Program-made: the position numbers and the translations under genes
In this document: positions 1-8,907 of the stretch, in pieces
Numbering within the stretch: position 1 is the first letter of the stretch
Layout of the letters: each line of letters opens with the position of its first letter
Assembly: GCA_000990355.1 (NCBI GenBank)
Contig: LBSX01000003.1
Coordinates: forward strand, 21,489 to 85,488
DNA: 64,000 nucleotides
Reading direction: 5' to 3'
Source: Candidatus Magasanikbacteria bacterium GW2011_GWC2_37_14
GTDB lineage: Bacteria; Patescibacteriota; Patescibacteriia; Magasanikbacterales; UBA922
The notes under the pieces: model-generated
The model's database searches: none
Told to the model about the DNA's origin: nothing
The model's input: only the letters and a program-made list of their open reading frames with translations

Positions 1-940
1 TTATTTTTATAAAAGTAAAAAAGGTTCTTCTTCTACTATTAGCACCAAAAATCTAGAAATGTTTGCCGTGGATTTAACAGCTCAAGCAAAACTTGGCAAA
101 ATTGATCCAGTTGTGGGGCGTCAAGAAGAAATTGATCGAGCCACACAAATTCTCACTCGCCGAACCAAAAATAATGTAATTTTGGTTGGTGCCCCTGGGG
201 TAGGCAAGACCGCGGTTGTGGAAGGTTTGGCTGGACGCATTGCCACTGGTGATGTTCCCGAAGTTTTATTAAACAAACGCGTTTTACTTTTACAAGTTGC
301 GGAATTATTGGCTGGCACCAAATATCGTGGAGAATTTGAACAGCGGATAAAAGGTATTGTGCAAGAAATTAAAAATTCCAATCGCACAATTATTTTGTTT
401 ATCGACGAAATCCACACTATTACCGAAACCAAAGGTACCGAAGGTGCAGTTAATTTATCCGACATTCTCAAACCAGCTTTGGCTCGGGGTGATTTACAAT
501 TAATTGGCGCGACCACGCAAAAAGAATACGAACAATATATTCAGCCCGATGAAAGTTGGGATCGTCGTTTTCAAGTAGTGTTGGTAGATGAGCCAAGTGC
601 AGAAGAATCAGTAAATATTTTACAAGGTATAAAGAAAAATTATGAAGATTATCATAAAGTAAAAATTAGTGATGAAGCAATTTCGGCAGCTGTCCGCTTA
701 TCACAAGAATATATCAAAAATCGTCGTTTGCCCGACAAAGCCATTGACATTATGGATGAGGCTTCGGCCATGGTAAATGTAGAAAAAGGTTCACGCCATC
801 ATTCGGCAGCTGCTTTGTTACATTTGGCTTCCAAAAAAGCTTGTGAAAATTGTCAAGAAGAATATCCTGTGGTTGATGTTGATCATGTAAAAGATGTCGT
901 TGCTGATTGGGTAGGTATGAAAAAAGAAGAAATACATTAA
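1..940 (+). CDS. ClpC/ClpB-like AAA+ ATPase, first nucleotide-binding module (D1) only; the 5' end lies outside the window; the ORF stops after the D1 small domain and no D2 follows
   Basis: Walker A GAPGVGKT, Walker B ILFIDEIH, sensor/arginine-finger region RGDLQLIGATT and the D1 small domain DKAIDIMDEA. The reading frame is open back to base 2. A stop at 938-940 comes right after a weak WTGIPVSKL-like remnant (ADWVGMKKEEIH). Confidence 0.8.
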   Translation, partial: YFYKSKKGSSSTISTKNLEMFAVDLTAQAKLGKIDPVVGRQEEIDRATQILTRRTKNNVILVGAPGVGKTAVVEGLAGRIATGDVPEVLLNKRVLLLQVAELLAGTKYRGEFEQRIKGIVQEIKNSNRTIILFIDEIHTITETKGTEGAVNLSDILKPALARGDLQLIGATTQKEYEQYIQPDESWDRRFQVVLVDEPSAEESVNILQGIKKNYEDYHKVKISDEAISAAVRLSQEYIKNRRLPDKAIDIMDEASAMVNVEKGSRHHSAAALLHLASKKACENCQEEYPVVDVDHVKDVVADWVGMKKEEIH

Positions 941-963
941 TAATTTTTATGTTTAAAAAAATT

Positions 964-2073
964 ATGGATACTTTATCTTCTACCAGTACAAAAGTAATTA
1001 GTGGTACTAAGTTATTAGTTGCGGTGTTTGTCATGTTTGGTGCTGGAGCAATTGCTTTGGCTAGTGTACCAGTAAATCAGAACAGCTGGGGTTGTTATCT
1101 TTCTGTTAATGGCACAAAAATCAAAATTGCCAACACCTTCAATGAATGTCATGATTATTATTTGGCACGAGAGTACGCAGGCAGAAGAGATTTTTATAAA
1201 TTATTAAAAAATGATGGTAGAGTAATTAGTGAAGATAAAATAACTAATGCCGATAATGTTGTAGATGTTTTTTATAAAAACGAAGATGACAATAAAATAG
1301 TAACTGGGATTAAATTGGGCAATAATAATATTATTTCTTCAAATAAATGTCAAAAAAATACTTTTTTTGGTATAGAATTATATTGTTTTAATGAATTGGC
1401 AGCTAGTGCCGCAGAACACACAAGTGGTAATTTTATTAAACCAGATAATTATGCGGCAGTTATTAAGTATCTTACTTTCATGAAGTACACCAGTAGGCCA
1501 TTAAAAAATTATCTTACTAATCAGACTATCGCTCCTTTTACTGAATTAGTAAATTACAAAACCAAGATTGCCGATGCTTCAAAAATTTCTTATTTGGAAG
1601 GTATCTACAATGGTTTTGGAGATCATTGTTCGGACGGCAAAGCTGGCGCTTACACTGGACGTAAAACTCTCGATGATCCAATGGTCAATAAAGTATTTTT
1701 TATTTGTCCAAAAAATTTAAATATAGAGCAAGTTAGCACTGATGAAAAATTAAAATTGCAAATTCATATGGCAGGGGTGATGTATCACGAAGCTTTACAT
1801 TTTAGCGCAACAGGCCAGGGGCATAAATATATTATGGAAAATGACAAATGTGTAGTAGACCCTACTAATCAAGGTAATGCTGATTTAGATGCTAATCGTG
1901 TTTATGGCGGACAAATTAGATATTTATTAGATATTTCTAAAAATGATTTAGTTGATTGTTCTAGTGTTCGTAAATATGCCTATGAAAAGGCTGAATTAGA
2001 GATTGCTAAAAGTATTTGTAGTCCATTAAAAAAATTATTGTTAGATACAACCAAAGCTCCAGTTTGTAATTAA
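964..2073 (+). CDS. N-terminally anchored secreted protein with an HExxH motif (putative zinc metallopeptidase); start chosen at MDTLSS
   Basis: Hydrophobic N-terminal anchor LLVAVFVMFGAGAIALA; motif MYHEALHF; no recognisable cytoplasmic domains. Confidence 0.4.
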   Translation: MDTLSSTSTKVISGTKLLVAVFVMFGAGAIALASVPVNQNSWGCYLSVNGTKIKIANTFNECHDYYLAREYAGRRDFYKLLKNDGRVISEDKITNADNVVDVFYKNEDDNKIVTGIKLGNNNIISSNKCQKNTFFGIELYCFNELAASAAEHTSGNFIKPDNYAAVIKYLTFMKYTSRPLKNYLTNQTIAPFTELVNYKTKIADASKISYLEGIYNGFGDHCSDGKAGAYTGRKTLDDPMVNKVFFICPKNLNIEQVSTDEKLKLQIHMAGVMYHEALHFSATGQGHKYIMENDKCVVDPTNQGNADLDANRVYGGQIRYLLDISKNDLVDCSSVRKYAYEKAELEIAKSICSPLKKLLLDTTKAPVCN

Positions 2074-2097
2074 TATATATTAAATTATAAATTATTT

Positions 2098-4236
2098 ATG
2101 CCTAAAATTAATTTTAAAAAACCTATGGAAACAACAACCAAAACCGCCACCAAAGTGGTGTCTAATACAGCGTTAATTGTGGCCACTTTTGTTGCCTTTG
2201 GTGCGGGCATGATTGCTTTCGCCGCCGCTCCCGTAACCAAGGCCGTTACTAGTGGTTCTAGCAATAACAAAGTTTATAGTTGTCGATCGGCTAAAAATGG
2301 TGTAACCATTAGAACTTCTGCAAAAGTTAGATCAACAGCTTTAATTAATGGTTGTAAAACTACTAATAAAGTAAAGAAAAGTTATACTTATACTTGTGTT
2401 TCCAATAAATTATACAAAAAAGCTTGGGGTCCTTGTGTGCCAAAAGTTACCACAATTTTACCGGACTTAATTGTTAAAGATTTTAGTTTTACAGCTGCAG
2501 ATGCTGGATATGGCCCAAATGCCAGGTTGGTAAATATTACAATTAAAAATATTGGTACAGCCAAAGCTACTAGTACTTCGGCAATAGGTTTTACAGTGCA
2601 ATCCTATGGTATTAAGGCCGATGGCACAGTTGTAGAGGGAGAAATGTATGATACATTAAATACACCTACTCTCACAGAAATAAATTCTGATCAAGAAGTT
2701 TCTTTTTCTTTTCCTTCGGACATACCCTCAAGTGGCTTGGCTGATGCAGTAAAAGTAAAAATGGTGGCAGATATGAGTTTTGGCCAAAGTTATCTTAAAG
2801 AAAGTAATGAAGATAATAATGAATTGACAAAAGATTTTAGTTTTACGGCTACCGAAGAAGGTTTGTCAGATTTGGTTATTGAAGATGTAAAATTTACAGC
2901 TGATTATGGGGAATTAACACTAAATGTAGTTAACAAAGGTACTGCGGCGAGTCCAGAAATAACAGTAGACGCCAATGCTAGTCCTGCCGATGAATCGGGC
3001 TTAAGAGTTATTTGGCAAGATGCAGATGGTAAACAATTATCCGCTTTTGGTAGTTATCTTGTTGCTTTAAAACCAGGAGAAAAGAAAGCCTTTACTATTT
3101 CTGCTGCAGGTGGAAATACTGTCAAATTAAATCATATAGTTATCTTTGTTGATAAAACCAATAAAGTTAAAGAGATTATTGAAGAGGATAATAATGCTTT
3201 TGTGGAAGAACTAAAAGTTCCTTTGGTAGTTGCCAACTGTGTTGATTCTGATGCTAAAACTTTTTCTGATCTCAATCAATTATTTATTAAATCAACTACA
3301 AAAGTTAAAGGTGTAGATCAAAAGGCTGACGTTTGTGTTGGTAACTATGTTTTTGAAGGCGCCTGCAACAAAGATGTTTTTGTTGTCTGGCACAAAAATT
3401 GTGCTGAGCTTAATGGTAGCAAATCAACTAATGATTATAAATGTGTGGAAGGAATTTGTGTAAATAAATATGTAGATCCTACTGTAGTACTGTCTGATTT
3501 AGATCTAGTTTTTCGTAATATTGGCACCAATGGTGGCATAGAAATACCAGTGGCTGCCAGCCCCAAAGTTGTTCGAGCTGTGTATGGTTTTGATGGCAGT
3601 ACTACCAATGCCAAACTTAATGTTCCAAAAGATACTAATATTTTTCCAGCTTATTTTATTAATGCAGGAAATGTATATGTACAGAACGGTGTAAAAATTT
3701 CTTTTCTTGATGAAGGTAAAAATGAGCTAGGTTCATATTTGGTTGATTTGGACGCCACTGCTGCTGCTAAAGCTTCTAGTATTAATTTGCCAAACAATCC
3801 TGATATTAAATTTGTTAGAGTTTACTTGGATGTAGACAATAAAATTGCCGAAACCAATGAAAACAATAATGTTTCCGAGCGTGCGGTTGATCCTAGTTTG
3901 TTTAGTTTGCCAGATATTACTTTTTCGGGTGCTATTGCTATTCCTACTTCGGCCAATCCAAAAATAGTGCAAGCATTTTATACTAATTCTGGCACAGCTG
4001 ATTCTGTTTGGACACGGAACGGTGTAAAATTTTCTTTTTTGGATGTTAACAAAAATGAAATTGCTAGTTTATTGGCAAATATGGACGTAGTAAGTGCTAA
4101 TAATTTACAAACCAAAGTGGCAGCAGTAAATTTACCTGTTATTCCGGAAATTAAATATATAAGAGTGTATTTAGATGCTTTTGCCGATAATTACGAATCC
4201 AATGAAGCTAATAATGTTTTGGAAAGAGCAATATAA
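2098..4236 (+). CDS. surface protein with repeated CARDB-like domains
   Basis: The N-terminal anchor is paralogous to the previous ORF (ALIVATFVAFGAGMIAFA). Repeated modules end in E.NE.NN / ETNENNN / SNEANN, typical of CARDB domains. Further internal repeats: DFSFTA..., NLP..P(D/E)IK(F/Y)(V/I)RVYLD. Confidence 0.5.
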   Translation: MPKINFKKPMETTTKTATKVVSNTALIVATFVAFGAGMIAFAAAPVTKAVTSGSSNNKVYSCRSAKNGVTIRTSAKVRSTALINGCKTTNKVKKSYTYTCVSNKLYKKAWGPCVPKVTTILPDLIVKDFSFTAADAGYGPNARLVNITIKNIGTAKATSTSAIGFTVQSYGIKADGTVVEGEMYDTLNTPTLTEINSDQEVSFSFPSDIPSSGLADAVKVKMVADMSFGQSYLKESNEDNNELTKDFSFTATEEGLSDLVIEDVKFTADYGELTLNVVNKGTAASPEITVDANASPADESGLRVIWQDADGKQLSAFGSYLVALKPGEKKAFTISAAGGNTVKLNHIVIFVDKTNKVKEIIEEDNNAFVEELKVPLVVANCVDSDAKTFSDLNQLFIKSTTKVKGVDQKADVCVGNYVFEGACNKDVFVVWHKNCAELNGSKSTNDYKCVEGICVNKYVDPTVVLSDLDLVFRNIGTNGGIEIPVAASPKVVRAVYGFDGSTTNAKLNVPKDTNIFPAYFINAGNVYVQNGVKISFLDEGKNELGSYLVDLDATAAAKASSINLPNNPDIKFVRVYLDVDNKIAETNENNNVSERAVDPSLFSLPDITFSGAIAIPTSANPKIVQAFYTNSGTADSVWTRNGVKFSFLDVNKNEIASLLANMDVVSANNLQTKVAAVNLPVIPEIKYIRVYLDAFADNYESNEANNVLERAI

Positions 4237-4328
4237 TTGTTGGCTCTTGACTCTTCTGTTCATCAGAGTCAACCCTGTCTTCGACTCCGAGGTCGTTCAG
4301 ACTCGAGGAGAGCACACAGCCGAAGGGG

Positions 4329-4357
4329 TTGACAGAATCTTTAATCTGTAGTATAAT
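4329..4357 (+). promoter_or_regulatory. sigma70-type promoter, TTGACA-17 nt-TATAAT, upstream of nusA
   Basis: Exact consensus hexamers with a 17-nt spacer: ttgaca gaatctttaatctgtag tataat. Confidence 0.55.
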
Positions 4358-4363
4358 TGACAT

Positions 4364-4395
4364 AAGACAACATAATTAATATGTTGTCTTTTTTA
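4364..4395 (+). promoter_or_regulatory. leader hairpin (10-bp perfect stem aagacaacat / atgttgtctt, 7-nt loop) followed by TTTTTT, starting at the predicted +1 of the nusA promoter; candidate attenuator or 5' stabiliser
   Basis: Perfect inverted repeat 4364-4373 / 4381-4390, followed by a T-run 4389-4394, 14 nt before the nusA ATG. Confidence 0.4.
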
Positions 4396-4408
4396 ATACT
4401 AATTTTAT

Positions 4409-5689
4409 ATGAGTGAAATAACAAAAGCAATCCAGGCGATTTGCACGGAAAAAGGCCTTTCTTATGAGGCTGTTTTGGAGTCCATTGAAGCAGCTTTGGC
4501 CGCAGCTTATCGCAAGGATTTTGGTAATCGTCAACAAAACATTAAGGTAAAATTTGACCCCGATACTGCCGAGATGAAAGCTTGGGATATTAAAGAAGTG
4601 GTAAAAGATATGGATTTGGAACAGTTGGAAAAAGACCAAGAAGAAATGGCCGTTCGTCGGGAAAAAGCTTATCAAGAAAATCGGGAATTGACTGAAGAAG
4701 AAACCGCTGATTTGTTACACTTTAACCCTAAGACTCAATTAATGTTGACTCCAGCTAAAGAAATAAATAAAAAAGCCAAAGTTGGCGAGACTTTGGAAAT
4801 AGTTTTGGAAGTGCCAGGTGAATTTGGCCGCATGGCAGCCCAAACCGCCAAGCAAGTAATTATTCAACGTTTGCGGGAAGCAGAACGCAATACTGTGTAT
4901 GATGAATTAAAGACCGAAGAAGGGCAATTAATTCAAGGTTTGGTACAACGTCGTGACAAAACTGGCGCCGTAATTATTGATTTAGGAAAAACTACTGGTA
5001 TTGTGCCAATTTCCGAACAAATTCCTCGTGAACAATATCGCACTGGTGTGCGTTTGCGTTTTTATATTGTTTCGGTAAACATGGGTAACCGTGGATTGGA
5101 AATTGTTTTATCGCGTTCGCATGCCAAAATGGTAGAGGCCGTTTTTGTCCAAGAGATTCCCGAAATTACTTCTGGCGTGGTAGTAGTTAAAGGAGTGGCT
5201 CGTGATGCTGGCAATCGTTCCAAAGTAGCAGTATTTACCGAAGATCAGAGTATTGATCCAGTTGGTTCTTGTATTGGCCAGCGTGGCAGTCGCATCAATA
5301 CAATTATCGAAGAATTGGGTGGAGAAAAAATAGATATTATTCAATATAGTGATAAACCAGAAGAATATTTAAAACAAGCCTTATCTCCAGCCAAAATAGA
5401 TAATGTAGAATTGAATGAAAAAACAATGGAAGCCACAGTGAATGTTTCTTCCGAACAATTTTCTTTGGCCATTGGCCGTGGTGGGGTAAATGTACGTTTA
5501 GCCGCCACCCTTACTGGTTGGAAAATAAATGTCGTGGATAATGGCAACGAAGAAAAAGTTGTGAGTAGTGAAGATGACGTCGAAGTGATTGAAGACCTCG
5601 TAAAGGACTCTGGAGAGTCCCACGAGGCAGGAAAAGTTGCTAGTGTGGAAGAAAAAGTAGAGGAAGTTGAAGAGAAAAAAGAGGAATAA
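4409..5689 (+). CDS. nusA: transcription termination/antitermination factor NusA
   Basis: N-terminal domain, S1 and two KH domains (GSCIGQRGSRINTIIEELGGEKIDII; AIGRGGVNVRLAATLTGWKINV); acidic C-terminal tail. Confidence 0.9.
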   Translation: MSEITKAIQAICTEKGLSYEAVLESIEAALAAAYRKDFGNRQQNIKVKFDPDTAEMKAWDIKEVVKDMDLEQLEKDQEEMAVRREKAYQENRELTEEETADLLHFNPKTQLMLTPAKEINKKAKVGETLEIVLEVPGEFGRMAAQTAKQVIIQRLREAERNTVYDELKTEEGQLIQGLVQRRDKTGAVIIDLGKTTGIVPISEQIPREQYRTGVRLRFYIVSVNMGNRGLEIVLSRSHAKMVEAVFVQEIPEITSGVVVVKGVARDAGNRSKVAVFTEDQSIDPVGSCIGQRGSRINTIIEELGGEKIDIIQYSDKPEEYLKQALSPAKIDNVELNEKTMEATVNVSSEQFSLAIGRGGVNVRLAATLTGWKINVVDNGNEEKVVSSEDDVEVIEDLVKDSGESHEAGKVASVEEKVEEVEEKKEE

Positions 5690-5726
5690 TTGTTTAATGG
5701 TTACATTGTTATATTGCTATATTGTT

Positions 5727-5756
5727 AGGAACGCCAAAAAGGCGTTCCTTTTATTA
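5727..5756 (+). terminator. rho-independent terminator of nusA
   Basis: aggaacgcc aaaaa ggcgttcct followed by tttatt. Confidence 0.7.
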
Positions 5757-5835
5757 TTCTCTTTAAATTTTGAATTATCCAAATTTAAAGGGAATTGGCG
5801 ACACGGGAGGAGTCGTCAATTCCCGGGTGTCGCCG

Positions 5836-6381
5836 CTAAAGAGCAGTAGAAGTTTTTTTGTACACGAGAAAGTCATAGAATGTTCCTATATCATTCCTGC
5901 TGGAATCAAGCATTCCAATATGTGTACATTGGACACGACGTCTATGACGGAAGAAGGTGAGATCAAGTACTGGTGCCACCCGGTAAGAATCTGGATCATT
6001 GGTCTTCCACAATGTCCCCAAAAGAATTATTTGGCGTCCGGGTTTTAGACATTTTGGATGCGCCTGCACATAACGCATGCCTTGTTTCCAGCCGACGAGT
6101 CCATAGTGGTTGTCCAGAAAGTACAACAACGCTTCCGTACTTCTAACTGGTTTGGGAAACGTGTGAACAAAGACATCGTCAAGTTCAAAACTTTCATCTT
6201 CATCAACCTTGTAGGCTCGATGAGAAATCCAACCTTCATCAATAAAGAATCCACATTCCTTGGCCACTTGCCGAATCGCACTTTCTTCTTCAGCAAAAAT
6301 ATTGTTTTCCTCCTCAACCTTCTTTAACCAAACACGGAATTCGCCATGGGTCATCTCATTGAGCTCGTCCTGTGTTGTCAT
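5836..6381 (-). CDS. hypothetical protein (181 aa); higher GC than its surroundings
   Basis: Strong Shine-Dalgarno AAAGGAGA 6 nt upstream of the ATG; no family recognised (motifs DNHYGLVGWKQGMRY, LLGTLWKTNDPDSYR). Confidence 0.5.
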   Translation of the reverse strand: MTTQDELNEMTHGEFRVWLKKVEEENNIFAEEESAIRQVAKECGFFIDEGWISHRAYKVDEDESFELDDVFVHTFPKPVRSTEALLYFLDNHYGLVGWKQGMRYVQAHPKCLKPGRQIILLGTLWKTNDPDSYRVAPVLDLTFFRHRRRVQCTHIGMLDSSRNDIGTFYDFLVYKKTSTAL

Positions 6382-6492
6382 CGCAGTTCTCCTTTGTAAA
6401 GGTACGTCTTTTGTCCAGCACCTACTGGACAGGGAAGTATAAGGTTTTTTGTGAATATTGTCGTTATTTAAGTCTATTTGTTATCCACAACC

Positions 6493-6521
6493 TTGATAAA
6501 ATGGCTAATGTATGCTATAAT
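6493..6521 (+). promoter_or_regulatory. candidate promoter TTGATA-17-TATAAT facing the tnpA unit
   Basis: ttgata aaatggctaatgtatgc tataat. Confidence 0.35.
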
Positions 6522-6574
6522 TTTAATATAAAAATGACGTCGGTTTTACCGACAAAATTGTTCACAATTGTTTA

Positions 6575-7209
6575 GCCCTGTAGGGGCATCAGAATAATAG
6601 CCAGGCACTTTAGTGCCTGGAAAGAGATTATTATTTATAATTTAGTCCCGTAGGGACGGCACAAATATGCCAAATACCTTTTCTAATTTATTATTTCACA
6701 TTGTTTTTAGTACCAAAGAAAGAAGAAAATTATTGTCAAAAGAATTGAGAGTTCGATTATTCAAATACATGTCTGGAATAGCCGACAAAAGTAATTTTAA
6801 AATAATAAAATTAGGCGGAATTGATGATCATATCCATTTATTATTTTCATTGAGTCCTGATATGCCTGTAGCAAAAGCAGTACAATTAATAAAAGGCAAC
6901 TCATCTAAATGGTTACGTGAAAATTTTACAGATTTGGATATATTTTCTTGGCAAGTAGGTTATGGCGCGTTTACTGTCAGTAAATCACAGATTGATATTG
7001 TTCAAAAATATATTGCTAACCAAGAAGAGCATCATAAAAAAATGAGTTTTGAAGAAGAATTCGTTGAATTATTAAAAAGGAACAAAATTGATTTTGATTA
7101 TAAATATTTATTTTAGAAATGTGTCGTCCCTATTGGGACTTTTTAAAATAATAAATACATTTTCCAGGCAATAAATTGCCTGGCTACTATCTATCGTCCC
7201 TAACGGGAC
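6575..7209 (+). mobile_element. IS200/IS605-family (or REP/RAYT-like) unit: Y1 HUH transposase gene with three hairpin palindromes on each side
   Basis: Left hairpins: gccctgtaggggc (6575-6587), ccaggcac-ttta-gtgcctgg (6601-6620), gtcccgtagggac (6645-6657). Right hairpins: gtccctattgggac (7126-7139), ccaggcaa-taaa-ttgcctgg (7164-7183), gtccctaacgggac (7196-7209). The middle hairpin carries a compensatory double change (c..g to a..t) that preserves pairing. Confidence 0.6.
6667..7116 (+). CDS. tnpA: IS200-like Y1 (HUH) tyrosine transposase TnpA/RAYT
   Basis: HUH motif HIHLL; N-terminus LLFHIVFSTKERRKLL (cf. YHVVFCTKYRR); catalytic Tyr region SWQVGYGAFTVSKSQIDIVQKYIANQEEHH; 149 aa. Confidence 0.75.
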   Translation: MPNTFSNLLFHIVFSTKERRKLLSKELRVRLFKYMSGIADKSNFKIIKLGGIDDHIHLLFSLSPDMPVAKAVQLIKGNSSKWLRENFTDLDIFSWQVGYGAFTVSKSQIDIVQKYIANQEEHHKKMSFEEEFVELLKRNKIDFDYKYLF

Positions 7210-7229
7210 TTAAATAATGATTTTAAATT

Positions 7230-7952
7230 ATGAACCTCTCAAAAATTTTTCAAGCTTATGGTCTAACCGAAAAACAAGCCAAAGTATATTTGGCTTGTTT
7301 GGAATTGGGTTCGGCCCCCGTGCAAAAGATTGCCGAGAAAGCTGTAGCACCTCGCTCTACGGTTTACGAAGTTTTGGAACATTTAGTACACCTTGGTTTT
7401 ATTAGTACTTTTAATAAAAAGAAAATAAAATATTTTTCTGCCGAAGATCCCCAGCAAATTATTCGTTTGGCAGAAAGCAAAGTTAATACCTTAAAAGATG
7501 CTTTGCCAGAAATGAACGCGATTGTTGGAAAAAGCAGAAAGCGTCCGACTGTGCGTTTTTATCAAGGCAAAGAACAAATGAAAATGGTTTTAGAAGAAAT
7601 GCTTGCCGAGGCTGATGAACTTTTAAGTTTTGCTGCACCTGAGGATTTATTTAGAGAATTAGGCGATTGGTATTTGGATTTTGTAAAAAGAAGAATTAAA
7701 CAAAAAGTTTCTGTGCGTTTGATTGCCACAGATTCCCCGCGGGCGCGTGAACGACAGAAAATTGGTATTGGTGAATTACGCACTGTTAGAATTGTCCCAA
7801 ATATTTTTCCTTATCACAGTAATAAGTGGCTTTGGCAAAACAAAATTGCCATGTTTTCTTTTGCTGGCGACTTAGTTTGTGTGGTAACCGAGAGTAAAGA
7901 ACTGGCCGATATGGAAAGAGCAATGTTTGAGCATTTGTGGAACCGTTGTTAG
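7230..7952 (+). CDS. TrmB-family HTH transcriptional regulator
   Basis: N-terminus LTEKQAKVYLACLELGSAPVQKIAEKAVAPRSTVYEVLEHLVHLGFI, typical of the TrmB winged helix. Confidence 0.6.
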   Translation: MNLSKIFQAYGLTEKQAKVYLACLELGSAPVQKIAEKAVAPRSTVYEVLEHLVHLGFISTFNKKKIKYFSAEDPQQIIRLAESKVNTLKDALPEMNAIVGKSRKRPTVRFYQGKEQMKMVLEEMLAEADELLSFAAPEDLFRELGDWYLDFVKRRIKQKVSVRLIATDSPRARERQKIGIGELRTVRIVPNIFPYHSNKWLWQNKIAMFSFAGDLVCVVTESKELADMERAMFEHLWNRC

Positions 7953-8086
7953 TTTGTAAGTGTATAGGTTTATTAAGTGTACAAGTAAATTTGTAACTTT
8001 AGTTGGATATTGATTTATTTAGATAATATTGTTATAATTGTTTAACTTACAGACTTACTAACTTATTTACTTACAAACTTACAATT

Positions 8087-8851
8087 ATGTCCCAATTTTT
8101 TACCACTATACTCTATCAACCAATATTTAATGGTTTTGTGGCTTTGTACAACCTTATTCCCGATGTGGGCGTGGTAATTTTGATTGTTACAGTTATCACC
8201 AAACTTATTCTTTATCCACTTAATTCCAAATCAATTAAGTCGCAAAAGGCTTTGAATGATTTGCAACCAAAAATGGAAGAAATTAAGAAAAAGTTTGCTG
8301 GCAATCAACAAACTATCGCGGCCGAAACCATGAAGCTTTACAAAGAAAACAAAGTAAATCCCATGGCTTCGTGTTTACCTCTTTTGGTGCAATTACCAAT
8401 TTTTATTGCCCTTTACTATGTACTCCGTAATGGTTTAACCGATAATAATTTTGAGTTGCTTTATTCTTTTGTAAAAAATCCAGGAACAATCAATACTCTA
8501 AGTTTGGGATTTTTTGATCTTAAGACCAAGAGTATTGTGTTGGCAATTTTGGCCGGTGCAGCTCAGTTTTGGCAAACCAAAATGATGATGCGTCGTCAAC
8601 CACCAAAATCAGCGGGGGCTGGTGGTAAAGATGAGGGTATGATGGCCATGATGAACAAACAAATGTTGTATTTTATGCCGTTTATGACCGTGTTGATTGG
8701 TTTTCAATTACCAGCTGGTTTGTCGTTATATTGGTTTTTGTCTACAGTTTTAACTGCTCTTCAACAAGTGCTGGTGTTTAAAAAACATGATTTAGGTGGT
8801 CCTTCGGCGAATGTTCCTGGTAAAGGAATAATTGAAGGAAAAGTGGAATAA
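8087..8851 (+). CDS. yidC: membrane protein insertase YidC (short Oxa1-like form)
   Basis: Conserved YidC core LYPL..KS..S...L..LQPKMEEIKKKF...Q...ETMKLYKENKVNP...CLPLLVQLPIFIALYYVL; five TM segments. Confidence 0.85.
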   Translation: MSQFFTTILYQPIFNGFVALYNLIPDVGVVILIVTVITKLILYPLNSKSIKSQKALNDLQPKMEEIKKKFAGNQQTIAAETMKLYKENKVNPMASCLPLLVQLPIFIALYYVLRNGLTDNNFELLYSFVKNPGTINTLSLGFFDLKTKSIVLAILAGAAQFWQTKMMMRRQPPKSAGAGGKDEGMMAMMNKQMLYFMPFMTVLIGFQLPAGLSLYWFLSTVLTALQQVLVFKKHDLGGPSANVPGKGIIEGKVE

Positions 8852-8879
8852 AAATGTGAGTTTATAAAGTTTGTAAAGT

Positions 8880-8907
8880 AGAGACGTGGCAAGCCACGTC
8901 TTTTTTA
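8880..8907 (+). terminator. rho-independent terminator of yidC
   Basis: agacgtggc aa gccacgtct followed by ttttttat. Confidence 0.7.

Noticed and set aside
5792-5835. Interleaved complementary segments gggaattg / ggcgacac ... caattccc / gtgtcgcc (pseudoknot-like) downstream of the minus-strand gene
   Set aside because: This is a single occurrence with no flanking U-tract and no conservation evidence, so it could be chance. I mention it only as a possible terminator or structure for the 5836..6381 transcript.
5667-6442. Small overlapping ORFs around the nusA terminator and opposite the 5836..6381 gene (5667..5849 +, 5770..6048 +, 6045..6317 -, 6058..6327 +, 6260..6442 +)
   Set aside because: They overlap a terminator or the better-supported minus-strand gene (which has a strong SD); they have no start context of their own.
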